Origin: Mobula hypostoma
Taxonomy: Eukaryota
NCBI RefSeq assembly: GCF_963921235.1
Contig: NC_086097.1
Location: 128,900,001 to 128,964,000 of the forward strand
Length of the DNA: 64,000 nt
Direction: 5' to 3'
Position numbers and translations under genes: made by a program. Positions 12,484 to 24,500 of the stretch are shown here, piece by piece (position 1 is the stretch's first letter; each line of letters opens with the position of its first letter). Below the pieces are notes generated by a model. That model was not told the DNA's origin and ran no database searches. It worked only from the letters and a program-made list of their open reading frames with translations.

Positions 12484-13429
12484 ATATAATCCTACACATC
12501 AACAAATGAATGACGTTGGAAATTACCCACTCGAAACTCGTGATGATATAACAACGCATGCATGTGAACATCCAGTGCATAGTTTTCACTGCATTAGTAT
12601 GGTCCGTTTCAACAGTAAAGATCAAAGCTAAGTTGAATAGTTCTGTGGATTAGCTCGTTAACTGCACAACATTAAAGTTCTCACAAATGTGACTTCCCAA
12701 CATTTTCATCATTAAAAACAAATTGCCAGAATTGGTTTTCATTATGTATTCCTTTAATGCAGTCACTTCCTTTCTGAGTCACTGTCCAGGAACCAGCAGT
12801 CATATATAGTATTTTGCTTACCCTAATATTATGTGTGCACCCCACCCTTCCTTTGTAACTCCATCAGCCTCAGTTCTGTCTAAAGTTTTTCTCTAACTCC
12901 TAGAATCCACGAAGAAAATGAGTACAGTGTTTTGTATTTCAACAGGAACTAGGAGGAGGAAACTAGTTAGAATACAATGATTTAGCAAGCTATAAATTGC
13001 AAACCCAAACCTATTGATATGGGAAGTAGGTGTACAGGAGATAAGATAGTATTTATCAGAACATTTTAATGTAATTTCTTTTAAAAGTGTTTTCATTGTG
13101 CATCATATAACAATACAAAGTCATCATTGTGTTCACTGGAGATCGTTTACTATAGGTTACTAAGCATAGATGAACTTGCTCCCTCTAAACTACATCTCAC
13201 GTCAATAAAGTTATAGTTTTCTTCGCTCCTCTCCCACAAGATTTCTATTAGTATAAATCTGTTCCTGATTGTTTAAACCTGAAGTACAACTATAAGAATT
13301 TACAGGCTTCTCCACTTTGCCACTCCTCCGCCTTCAGGAAAATATCCTTTTACAACTGTCTGTCAGTTTATCTATCTATCCATCCACCTACTTACAGATA
13401 TCTTATGAGGTAGATTGATGATGTCAACC

Positions 13430-13885
13430 AACAGCTGCTTGGGCCTGAGGCAATGGAACTCTTCCACTCTCTCCCCTTCCATCAGGTGCTCCTTATAAAC
13501 TACCTCACTGACCAAGCCTTAGATCATCTTTCCTCATATCTTATGTGGTGAGGTTTCAAATGTTTGCTTAAGAGTCACAGCACAGAATCAAGCCCTTCAA
13601 CCCACTAAGTCCCACTCATTTACACTAATCCTGCATTATTCCAATTTATTCCCCCCACCCCCCGTATTCCCATCACATTCTGCCATTTACCCACACACAC
13701 TAGGGACAATTAGTCAGTTTGATCCAACAACCAACATGCCTGAGTTATGGGGGCGGAGCGGAAACCAGAGCACCCAAGGGAAACCCATGCAGTAACAGGA
13801 AGAACAGGCAACAGGGGAAGTGAGGATTGAACTAGATCGCTCAACTATGAAGTAGCAACTCTACCAGTTGCTCCACTGTGTTGCC
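13430..13885. mobile_element. L2-like 3' tail (+, 13430-13570) followed by a V-SINE (-, 13572-13885)
   Basis: gctccttataaactacctcactgaccaagcctt; ggaaaccagagcacccaagggaaacccatgcagtaacaggaagaac. Confidence 0.55.
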
Positions 13886-14479
13886 ATTAATGCCATATTA
13901 GAGAGCCTTTTAGCTAACTAAACAGACACAAATATTGTCTGTGTGGCCATTACCTGCAATGACTCTTTTGTCATCTCATTAGCAGGAGGTTTACTGTCAT
14001 TTATACCAATAGGCTTCCACATCTCCCTTATGACAACATTTGATCTGAGTAAGCTCTTCAAGGTCCTGAGCTCGCCCCTCTAGCACTGTATTGCTAAATA
14101 GGGCAAAAAATAGATTTATGGGGCTTTCCTGTGGGTTACTAAGCAACACAGAATAATTTTCTCAAACAATGAGAAAATTCTTCTTTCAAAGAAATGGACA
14201 ATTCTAAGTCAACAAAATATGAAGATCTACAATTTAGCTAAAAGTTATTTCAACTGGCTTTTTTTTCATATCCCTATTGGTTACTTTGAATTCAGATAGA
14301 CAACGGGGCCTCGTCTACAATCACAATCTTAACTGAAATGGCCGCAAGTATCTTGTGAATCTGAATTCCAAACCATCACTGATTCTTTCACTGAACCATA
14401 ATAAAGGATGGGAGTTAAATTATACATCATTGTTCGCCCCTCCCCATAATATTCACCACCCTCTGACAATAGAGATTCA

Positions 14480-15150
14480 CAAAGACGGATCTCTGCTCAT
14501 ATTCTTGATGATGATGGAACTGATGACAAAATTCATCACTGCCTCAGTACAGCATCGCAGCCTTTGGCCATCTTTGATAAAGGATGCTTGAGGACGAAGA
14601 ATTTAGGCAAGGTCCCAACTTTGTGTTCTATAGGACACCAGCCATCCCCATCCTCCCATTTGCTTTGGAGACATGAATTAACTGCAGCCAGCAGTTCAAA
14701 GCACTAGAGGGATATCACCAGTGCGGTGTCCATAAGATCCTTCAAATGTAACCAGTGAAAAATTGAACCAAGGTCGGCTTCCCCTTCCCAGACAATAGCC
14801 TCTACATTGAGACCCTTATCACTGTACTTCCACCTCTGGAGGGCTGGCCACAGCATTCACAAGGAACAACAGCAGATTTCTGAAATATGGAATTCCATTC
14901 TCAAGATTTGTAAAGACAAGAGATTTTCAGAGTAATAGGGAAAATAATTCCAAAGATGTCATCATCACCTCTATGATTAAATGTAAAATCTGACATGTTC
15001 AATAATACATTGGAAGTTTGTTGCAAGGCAATCAAACTACGAAAAACGTCCAGGAACATGTGAGCACTGCTAGGCTCATAATGGAAGTCTGTGGAGTCCA
15101 GGAGCAAGCAACAGGAACATCCCAAGCCAAATGCCTGTCCCGTGAAGCAT
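14480..15150 (+). mobile_element. Highly degraded RTE-clade LINE fragment
   Basis: Broken frames resemble DKIHHCL..ASAAFG, PILxFAxETW, KALEGYHQCxxHKIL, LxRAGH. Confidence 0.6.
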
Positions 15151-15229
15151 CACGCTGCCCCTCTGAGGTAGTGCCTGAACAGGATTCATAGGGCTCATTT
15201 GTAAATCTGTTGTAGAAGTTATCCGCAGC

Positions 15230-15390
15230 TCCTTGGGAACACGTTAGATATATCTCAACAGAAGCATAAAAGGAGGTATCAGATGACTGACTAAAAGCTT
15301 GCCCAAAGACATGGGCTTTTAGTAGCATCTGAAAGGAGGAGACATGAAAGGCAAAAAGGGAGGTATTCCAGTCTTGGGTCCAAGGCAGCT
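15230..15390 (-). mobile_element. L2-like 3' tail
   Basis: tgactaaaagcttgcccaaaga...gtattccagtcttgggtccaaggcagcta, the reverse of the 13430 type. Confidence 0.5.
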
Positions 15391-15624
15391 ACAGCTCTGC
15401 CTTCCCAACATAATTGGTAGAAACTTGTGAGCAACTGATAACTATGAAATATACATATTGCATGGTACATTTAAACTTGCTTTCATTGGCTTCAGTGGAG
15501 CCTAAGGCTAGGTCTGGGAAGCAACAGAACTTTTCATTTGTGGAGAAGATTGGCTGGGACTGGTAGTGAGAGGCTGCCACTCTGCAACAGAGGGTACAGG
15601 AATGGGACAGGAGGGATTTAATTA

Positions 15625-15945
15625 CCACCATGGACATCTTCAAGAGACTGTGCTTCAAGAAGGTGGGATCCAGCATCAAGAACCCCACCAGCAAGGGCAT
15701 GCCCACTTCTCATTACTACAATCAGGGAGGAGGTACAGGAGCCTGAAGACTCACCTAACATTTCAGGAAAAGCTGCTTCCCTTCTGCCATCATCTTTCTG
15801 AATAGTCCATGAACCAAGGAACATTACCTGGTTATATCTTTAATTGCACCATTTATTTTTTTTAATTTATAGTAATTTTATGTCTTTGCACTGTTGTACT
15901 ACCACAAAACAGCAAATTTGACATCATATTAGCTCTGATTCTAAC
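15625..15945 (+). mobile_element. Rex1/Babar 3' end
   Basis: HQQGHAHFSLLQSGRRYRSLKTH; tail ctgattct. Confidence 0.8.
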
Positions 15946-16861
15946 CTAGCACCTGGAGAATAATGCATGAACAGTACGACATTGCACATTTAGTACTTGC
16001 AAAGCCAGAAACATTTCTATCCAACACCTGATTGGCAGTTAGAATAATATTTAAGGCTGTTTAGAAAAGAATTTTTATCTTCATTTACAACATGTATTTG
16101 CAGAAATGTGTGGGAAAATAGTTTCATCTCTGCAAAGTTAGAAACGTATCTTCTTCCTTCTACCCTGTTGGGGAAAATATAAGAGTCAGAGTTGAAACAG
16201 CTTTTGAAATCTCAATTTTCTTCATAAATAAAACTTTGAGAATAGCTTGTGGAGCCTATTTTATAGCAGGTTACCAGATGTGTAGCATTCTAAGCGATGT
16301 ATCACTGATCCTAGGGAATGAATGGGTAGGTTGGAATTTAAACTTGCTAACTCTTGAGCAGCTACGGGTATGGATTCTTGATGTTACAGGGTAAACGTGC
16401 ACACTCATCACATTCTTTTCAAGTTGTTATTATGGATGTCCATGTCCTTGCTTGCCCTTGGCAGTGTAACAAGGATAAGCTGCATGCAACAATATTCTAA
16501 TTAAACCCCAATCTTGATTTAATTTATGGTGGCAGACCACAATAGAGAATTAAAATCATAAAAACACTCACACTGATAACAGGAAGTTGGAAATTTCAAA
16601 GATCATTTCCACATCACCATGAGCTTAATGAAATTACTATATTAACGAAAACCTAATTGCTTTTATATTTACTGATTAATTAACTCATTAATTAAGCTTT
16701 ATTACAATGGAAAATATCAGTAACTCTTTCTTGCAAATCAAATAAAAATTGCTATCAAAATTTAAATGAAATCTTTGATCTGAAACATTAGCACTGTTTC
16801 TGTTCCCACAGATGCGCCTTGCCGTGCTGAGTATTTGCAGCAGTTTCTATTTTTATTGCTG

Positions 16862-17275
16862 CATAGAACAGTACAGGCCCTTTGACGCACAATGTTGTGC
16901 CAACCCTTTAAGCTACTCCAAAATCAATCTAACTCTTTCTTCCACGTAACCCTCCATTTTTCTTTCATCCATGTGCCTACCTAAGAATGCCTTAGATGCC
17001 CGAATGTTTCTGCTTCTACCATCACTTATGGCAGTGGGTTTCATGCACATACCACTCTGCATAAAAAAAAATCTACCTCTACATCCCCCATATACTTTCC
17101 TCCAAAATCAGTTGATCACATTAAAATGATATGCCCGCTCCTATTAGCCATTGTTGTCCTGGGAAAAAGGCACTGACTGTCCACTTTATCTATGCCTCTT
17201 ATCATCTTGTATACCCTTATCTTTAAATCAAGTCACCTCTCATCCTCCTTTGCTCTAAAGAGAAAAGCCCTAAAG
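16862..17275 (-). mobile_element. CR1 3' end
   Basis: catagaacagtacaggccctttga... tatgcctcttatcatcttgtatacc. Confidence 0.8.
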
Positions 17276-17723
17276 CCCTAGATTCGATGACAACGTAGAA
17301 GACGCTAACAAATTGTGAAAGCTGGGATTACAATGTCACACTGGTAAGTGATAAACCTTATGATGATTTCAGAGGTTAGTCACGCCAGTACTGTTAATTT
17401 AGATTGGCTTAAAGAATGATACATAATTTTGGTAGCTAGTGGATAACATTCAGAATTGAAAATCTGGAATTGGGTATGATTGTTAAAAACAAAACTTTCC
17501 ATGTATGGTACTGTGAACTGGAAGTTATTTACTAGTGCAGAGATTAAAAATAAAACTAGAACACAAGAACAGAGGAGCAGGAAGCCACCAAGCTCCTCAA
17601 ACCTGCTCCGCTATTCAACACCATCATGGCTGATGCATACTGGCCTCAGCACTTCTTCTGTACCAATTTCCATGACCCTTAATACCTTGATCTCTCAAAT
17701 ACTTATCTACCTCCACCTAAATA

Positions 17724-18177
17724 TAGTCGATCCGGTTCACTGGGACACATTGGGACCAGTACATTTTGGCCCAATTAAGTGGATGCCTAAGTTTCATGGA
17801 GATGGTTAAAAAGGTATAAAATAGACAAAAAGAGTAATAAATTATGTACTTAAATGAAATCCAGAACAAATTAGAACACTATCAATACTACTGCAGTACT
17901 ATAAAACTATGTATTAGTTCCTAATACTTATCAATAGAGGAATTCATCCATGTCATGTTCTTTTGACTGTAAATGAACAAAATCAGTGCAGACACCTACT
18001 GCAGATAATGGACTGCTTTCATACAACGTTGTCAATGATTGCATGCTCCACATCTTCATTTTCATTATAACATTCAAGATGATTGCCAATACTTTCAAAT
18101 TCTTCATAGTTTCTGACTTACTGAAGTTGTGAAATCATTTCATTTTCACGGACAGCCCAATTTACAGGAAGCCACTG
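17724..18177 (-). mobile_element. Tigger/pogo-type non-autonomous element inserted in a CR1 tail (17558-18310)
   Basis: TA flanks at 17722-3 and 18178-9. Imperfect TIRs tagtcgatccggttcactggg / cccaatttacaggaagccactg. Acidic transposase C-terminal remnant YEEFESIGNHLECYNENED on the minus strand. The CR1 resumes on both sides. Confidence 0.7.
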
Positions 18178-18539
18178 TATATCTAATAATCTGGATTCTA
18201 CCACCATCAGGGGCAGAAAATTCTGTAGATTCCCTTCTCTCAGGGAAATTTTGACACATCTCAGTTTTAAATGACTGGCCCCTCAATTTGCAGCTAAGTC
18301 CCCTTACAACAATAAGCATGAAGGACCATAACTATACTCCAGTTCAGTACTAAGGGACTTGTGTACAGTCAGTGCAATGGAGAAAAATGTGACTGCAGAT
18401 GCTGAAAACTGAAGCAACAAATAACCTGCTGGGGAAACACTGCAGTTCGAAGAGTATCTGAGGGAGGAGTTGAATTGTTATCATTTTGGGTGGAAACCAA
18501 CTCAATGGCTCAACATGACACAACACGGCATGAAAGGAA

Positions 18540-18840
18540 TGATGCAGGAAGTCCAGATGTTGCCTCATAGCTCTAGTAACCCTGGTTCAATACTAACCTT
18601 CAACTCTGCCGTTAGTTTGTATGCTCCCCTTCAGAATACATGAGTGTTCCAGCTTTTGTCCACATCCAAAATACATACTAACAGATGAGTTGATTAGTTA
18701 TTGCAAATGATCGCATCATAGGTGGGGGGAAGTTCAGAAGCACATGAGAGGGAGCAGGTTATAAAGAAATAGATTAGCGAATGAGATTGATGGGAATGCT
18801 CTGAGAGATGTCATTGACTTATTGGGTCAAAGGACTACAT
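18540..18840 (+). mobile_element. Degraded V-SINE
   Basis: gcctcatagctctagtaaccctggttcaatactaacc (B-box-like), ccacatccaaaa. Confidence 0.55.
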
Positions 18841-19022
18841 TAATGACATGCAGAAAGGTGAAATTGAAGCCCCTGTATCCAAACTCTCTGTCACAATAAA
18901 ATACATCACATTTCCTAGCATTCCATTCTTGATTAAAATTTGCTTGTTAAAAAAAGTTTATTGACATCAAGTAACATGTAGCCAATGCGAAAGAAAAAAA
19001 AGGCTTCTCTAACTGAATGGTA

Positions 19023-19232
19023 AACAAGAAAAAATCTGCAGATGCTGGAAATCCAAGCAACACACAGAAAATGCTGGAGGAACTCAGCAGGCCAGGCAGC
19101 ATCTATGGAAAAGAGTACAGTTGATGCTTCTGGCTGAGATCCTTCATCAGGTCCCACTGAAAGGACTCAACTGAACTCTTTCCCACAGATGCTACCTGGC
19201 TGTTGAGTTCCTCCAGCATTTTGTGTGTGTTG
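19023..19232. mobile_element. Inverted pair of Penelope 3' tails with decayed hammerhead (19119-19154, minus)
   Basis: aaaatgctggaggaactcagcaggccaggcagcatct ... agatgctacctggctgttgagttcctccagcatttt. Reverse strand CUGAUGAAggaucucagccaGAAGcauc. Confidence 0.85.
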
Positions 19233-19899
19233 TCTACATGAATGGTGTTGTCCCAAATCAAGAGCTTGGGTGTTAGTTTGGCCATTTGCTCAAATGGATC
19301 ACTCAGCTTAACTGCTTTAGGTAACTAATACATCTACCACTGGAGAACTGACTTCCACATTGAACAAACCTCTGCCTTCCTAATAGTTCATTTACTGAGT
19401 ACTTCATAAATATATAATAAGTATCATGTTGATGCAGTAGCTAAACCACCAGTGTGGAAATTGGAGAGCCTCCCCCTCCACACTGAGAATCCTTCATGGA
19501 AGCTTTGGAATTTGGAAACAAAAAGAAAATACCAAGTAGAGTAAAAAATAGACCATGAAACTATCGTTTTGTCATATAATCCTTGAAACATCTTGTGGCA
19601 AGGGCAGAGGAAGAAATCTGCTCTTGCATGGTCAGGTTTCCAACCCAAGTGGACGGTCCTTTAATTTCTCAGCAGTGTCCCACCAAGCTGTTCAGTTGTA
19701 AATGAAGAGAGACGTGCAAGTAAATTTTGGACTTGACAAGGATGCCAAGATCCCAAAACAGAACTGAAACAGAATCAAGGTAATCCCTGATCTGGAGTAT
19801 CACGGTAGGAGCACCCCTTTACAGTTACACTGTCGCTCAATGAAAATTAAGCTATAAAGAGCAGCAAGATTTAGGTGCCCATTTATAGAAATTAATATG

Positions 19900-20481
19900 A
19901 GCTGGTGGACACAAGGTAAAAGTTACTCAACGTATTGAATAGCATTTAACTCAGGGAAGCTGAAACACAGAAGGGAGGAAGTCACCACTCTATTCTAGAC
20001 TATTAGATCCCATGTGGGGTACTGCATTTTGATGTAATAGCCTTGGAAAGGGTTGAACAACATTTCATAAAGATGTCAGTGTACATAAGGGGTACACACA
20101 AGTAGTACAACAACCTAGCTTTCATTCCCTGGAGTTTTAAAACTGATCAAAATGTTTCTGGCTGAAAGAGGTGTATAAAATTATTAGAGGCATGATGGGA
20201 TAGATAGCCATTTCCCCAGACCAGAAATGTCAAATACTAGAGGGCACGGTGATAAGATGAAAGATGTGCAAACAGGTTTTTGTTTCACAGAGTGGTAGCT
20301 ATCTGGAACGTGCAGCCAGAGGAGGTGGTGGAAGCACATAGGATAGCAACGTTTAACAGGCATTTAGACAGTCATATGAACAGTTAAGTGATGGAGGAAT
20401 ATAGACCACGTGCAAGTGGATGGGCTTATTTAGATTCACATCATGTTTGGTGCAGACGTGTGTTTTAAGTTCTATGTTCTA
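19900..20481 (+). mobile_element. Degraded CR1
   Basis: agaggtgtataaaattattagaggcat..atactagagggcac..cacagagtggtagctatctggaac; tail ttctatgttcta. Confidence 0.75.
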
Positions 20482-21391
20482 ATATTGTAAAGTAATTAAG
20501 GAACTTGACAAATACAAACATACTACTGGCTCTAGCAGAAAATCAAACACAAAGCAACGGCAATGTGAACTTTTACAATCTCTTTGACAATGTAAGATAG
20601 TGCAAGTGAAGGAAGATTTGCATATCATGTCACATGGTGGATTACAGGGTTAGAGACCTAAATCAATGTTTTTCACACAAAGTGTTGGGAATCCAGAGGT
20701 AATAGGCTCCAAGACTGAATTAGCCAGTTGGGCCAAAAGGGCAAGAATATTTTCACTAGAAGGTAGCTGAGTTCTGGAGTCACTGTCTGTAAGGACGGTG
20801 GGAAGAGAATCAAAGAACAGGAGAGGAACAGGCCCTTCAGCCCATAATGTTGTGTAAAAATAATTAAACAAATGACACCTAATTACACTAATCCCTTCTG
20901 CCTACACATGTTCTATATCTCTCCAATCTCTGAATATTCATGCATCTGTAAAACACTGTGCTTTCAAGTAAGAAGATGATGTGCACTTGAGAGGGAACCA
21001 CAGACAAAGAGCAAGAGTAAGGGTCTGACAGGATTGATCTACTTGGAGCTAGCACTGACTCAATGGGCTGAATAGTCTCTTGCTGTGAGTTTGATAGACT
21101 TCTCCTAAGTAAGGATGGATTAGAGTGGAATTAAGGCAGATACATTGAGTGAGATAAAGAACAGCTCATACGAATAGGACAGGCTTCAGAAGAAGTAAAA
21201 ATTTTTCCTGGTCCTACACTCGAACTTTAGGAAGAGAAAACACCTGGCCATTCATAGGCCCACTGTTTCCTGCTGCTTATTCTCTAGCCACATTTGCACA
21301 CACACCTTAAGCCACTACATTCAATCTTTCCACCCTTTCTTACCTTTCGGATCTATTTGTAGCTTTCTGAATAGTTTCAGAAATGTTCTAG

Positions 21392-21520
21392 TGTTTATAC
21401 ATGGAGCTTAGAAAAATAGAGGGCTATGGGTAACCTTAGGTAATTTCGAAAGTAAGTAAATATTCGGCACAGCATTGTGGGCTGAAGAGCCTGTACTGTG
21501 CTCTAGGTTTTCTATGTTTT
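21392..21520 (+). mobile_element. CR1 3' tail
   Basis: ggcacagcattgtgggctgaagagcctgtactgtgctctaggttttctatgttt. Confidence 0.8.
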
Positions 21521-21549
21521 TTTATCAATCCCCTAAGCTTTCTCACCAA

Positions 21550-24500
21550 GCCACAACTGAATTCTGCCATGCAGGAACTAGACCTGACTGCCTAAACTAA
21601 CCAACCTGTTTGGGCCCATCGCCACTTCAGCAGCAGAGTAACTCACAGTATCATTTTCCTGTCATCTGAGATGAAAGTTTCATCCAATTTGCCATGAGCA
21701 GTCCCACGGGAGATCCACTGTTAGAAAACTGCAGCGTGAGTTACCCTGTAATGCTGCCGTTTACTGACTTCGCAAATCTCAACACTGACACCTCTTGCCC
21801 TTCCAGAGAGGAACCATGAAGAAGAAGAAACACAGGAAGATAATGAACTCAGCCTGGTTTTGCTTCCCCAACCTGAACTAGACATATAAATGTCTTTATG
21901 GATGAAGAGCAGCACCCAGTCTGAGACCTAGGTCAAGTGTGAATTTCCCTCACACTGGCCCTTCCCTTTTCGATCCTCCACGTAACAGATGATGGATGAA
22001 GGCGGAAAGTTACAAAAGACAACTGAATTTGATTGAAAGACACATGGGGGGGAAGAAATTAATAGACTCTGAAACTTCAGGAGAGAAATTCTCTTTTGTT
22101 GTTGAGGGTTAATCACCATTTGTAAGATGAGAGTAAAAGTCAGGATGCAAACACACACATAACATATTATCATCCTTTCGATTGTTTCTCAGTCTATATC
22201 TTATGCATACATAAATACATTTCATGACCACATATTATAGATGTATTGCTGTATGTATGTGCCTGTAAGTTTTATGTAGATCCATTTCTGAATTCATCTA
22301 TGACATATAAAGGCACAACACAATCTCTTTCCTTTAACCTTTCCTTTTGTAGTCAATGAACTGCATATTAAGAAAGTAATGAGTGTGCAGTGTAAACATA
22401 GGTTACAGGCTTTTTTTTTGCACTTCAGTCGCACCCGGCATTAATTTCTGAGGGAAGAAAAAATAATTAGGATCTCACTTTTCAGAAGACTAGAGTGAAA
22501 ATGTAAACAATGCTTCCCTCTGGGCGAGTGCTTTATCAATTTGACAGGTGCATTTGAATTTCCATGGGTGGGGGACATAATAGGTTATTTATGTGTCATT
22601 CTTATAGAGTGGCCTGGCCTTCAAGATGGACAGCAGGCTTCACCCACATTAAATTCTGCAACTAATCCTCTGGTTTTGAGGCCCGTCAGCCTGCTCAAAT
22701 GTACTTTACAGCAGAAAAAAAAAGAGAACAGGCTAGCTACAAACAACACCGGGGCTCTCAGTATTCCCCCTGCCGGTTCCAGTCTTGACTTGGAGTAAGG
22801 AAAAGCATATCCCAGCCAGGAGCTGTTGCTGCAACAAAAAAAATAGCTGGAGAGTCGGCCACATTTGAGAGATATTTCCAGCTTGGATGCCCGGCGCATT
22901 TAAAATTAAACGTTGCCTCACATGCCTGTGACTGGAAAGGAAAACATTTTTTCGAAGAGCTCTTAAAATAAAGCACAGTGAAACATACCTAATCATTTGG
23001 ATGTTGAAAGGGAAACAGTGCAGCAACACTTAGGAGACTCTGCCTTGATTTTATATGAATGACAATACCGTCGCAAAGTAACCAGTAGATATTTAGACAG
23101 GCATCACTAGTCACCAATATTGTGTATTTCAATTTAACACATTTGGACGCCTGTTCAGCTGCTGGTTCTCATGGTTCATTATTTTCTGCTAAAAAAAAAA
23201 GCATTTGCTTGAAGCCTGTTGAACGAGAAACGAGTTTCAGGAAATGCAGAGAGGGAAGCATCATTTCAGTATGCTGGGCAGGCTCTCGAGGTAATGTGAT
23301 GAGACAAAAATGCATTTGGACGGCATTTTTATAAAATGCAATGGGGCTGCAGCACTGAAACAAAAACAGTAAAGTGAAAATTCAAGATGAAAAACTGAAA
23401 AAAAATTATAGCTAAATATCAGATTTAGAAACACGCTGCAATATAGCATTTATTCTGCAACCAGACCAGTTTACAATGAAGATTAAACTTCACTGAATTG
23501 GGTGAAGAGACATATAATCAGTAACAATAGCTGAGAGTTGGTTGACCTGTTCCTCTGTTATTACATCCCAATGATATGCTTCACTGCATTATGCTGTACT
23601 GGAAATAGTTTATATGGAAGGAAGTCAGTAACTCAGTGTACACTTTTTATTCTTTTTTTAAATTTAGTTTGTCGTGCTACATTTCTAGAAGATACTTTGC
23701 CCCCTCATTATTATACTGTTTGATAATCTTTTCTCTCATCTCAATCAGTTTTCGTTTAAAACTTCTGCAAAAGAAAGCTGAATCTATCTGCGTTGCTCTC
23801 CATTCCCCTGTAACACAGAGAAAATAAGGGATAAGAGACTACATCAGTAAACAATGCAAGGCTACTGAGAACTTCATCCTGCTATAATACTGTTAAAGGC
23901 ATCAGAAAATAGTGTCAGCACACTGTGCACTGCCTTCAAAATTCTGTTCCATTTAGGTCAATGTGATGAATTTTAAAAGGACAGCACTAATGATAATGCT
24001 TTATTTCTAGAGATGCACCTTCTATTTCTAGGATAGATTGTTTACTGAACAGTGAAGAATCACTTAAATACAAGAGAGTGCTAATTCAAAATGAAACATA
24101 TCCAGAGAAAAGAAACAACGTTAGCATTACTCTTGTTTGAAGTAAATTACCTGAAAAACTAGATTTACAGGATATACTAATTCATACTCCAAATCCATGG
24201 ATCATTATTTCAATTAAGGCAAGTTTTCAATTAAATTGCTTTCTTAAAAAGCTAGCTGGTCATAGAATTTGTTGACCTGTCCAACATTATGACAGGCATT
24301 TAAAGTCATTTCCAACAACATGAATCATTGCATCATTTTGAACTAAAGGTAGCTGTTATGCAAGAAATAACTTGGCGATCGTTGTCTGTTTTTCTGAAAA
24401 CAGGCAACCCACCTGAAGCTGTTGCCTGAAGGGTGCAACATCAGGGGAGCCACAATGACTCAACTATCACGCTCTTGTTTCTTTCTCAAATCATCACAAC

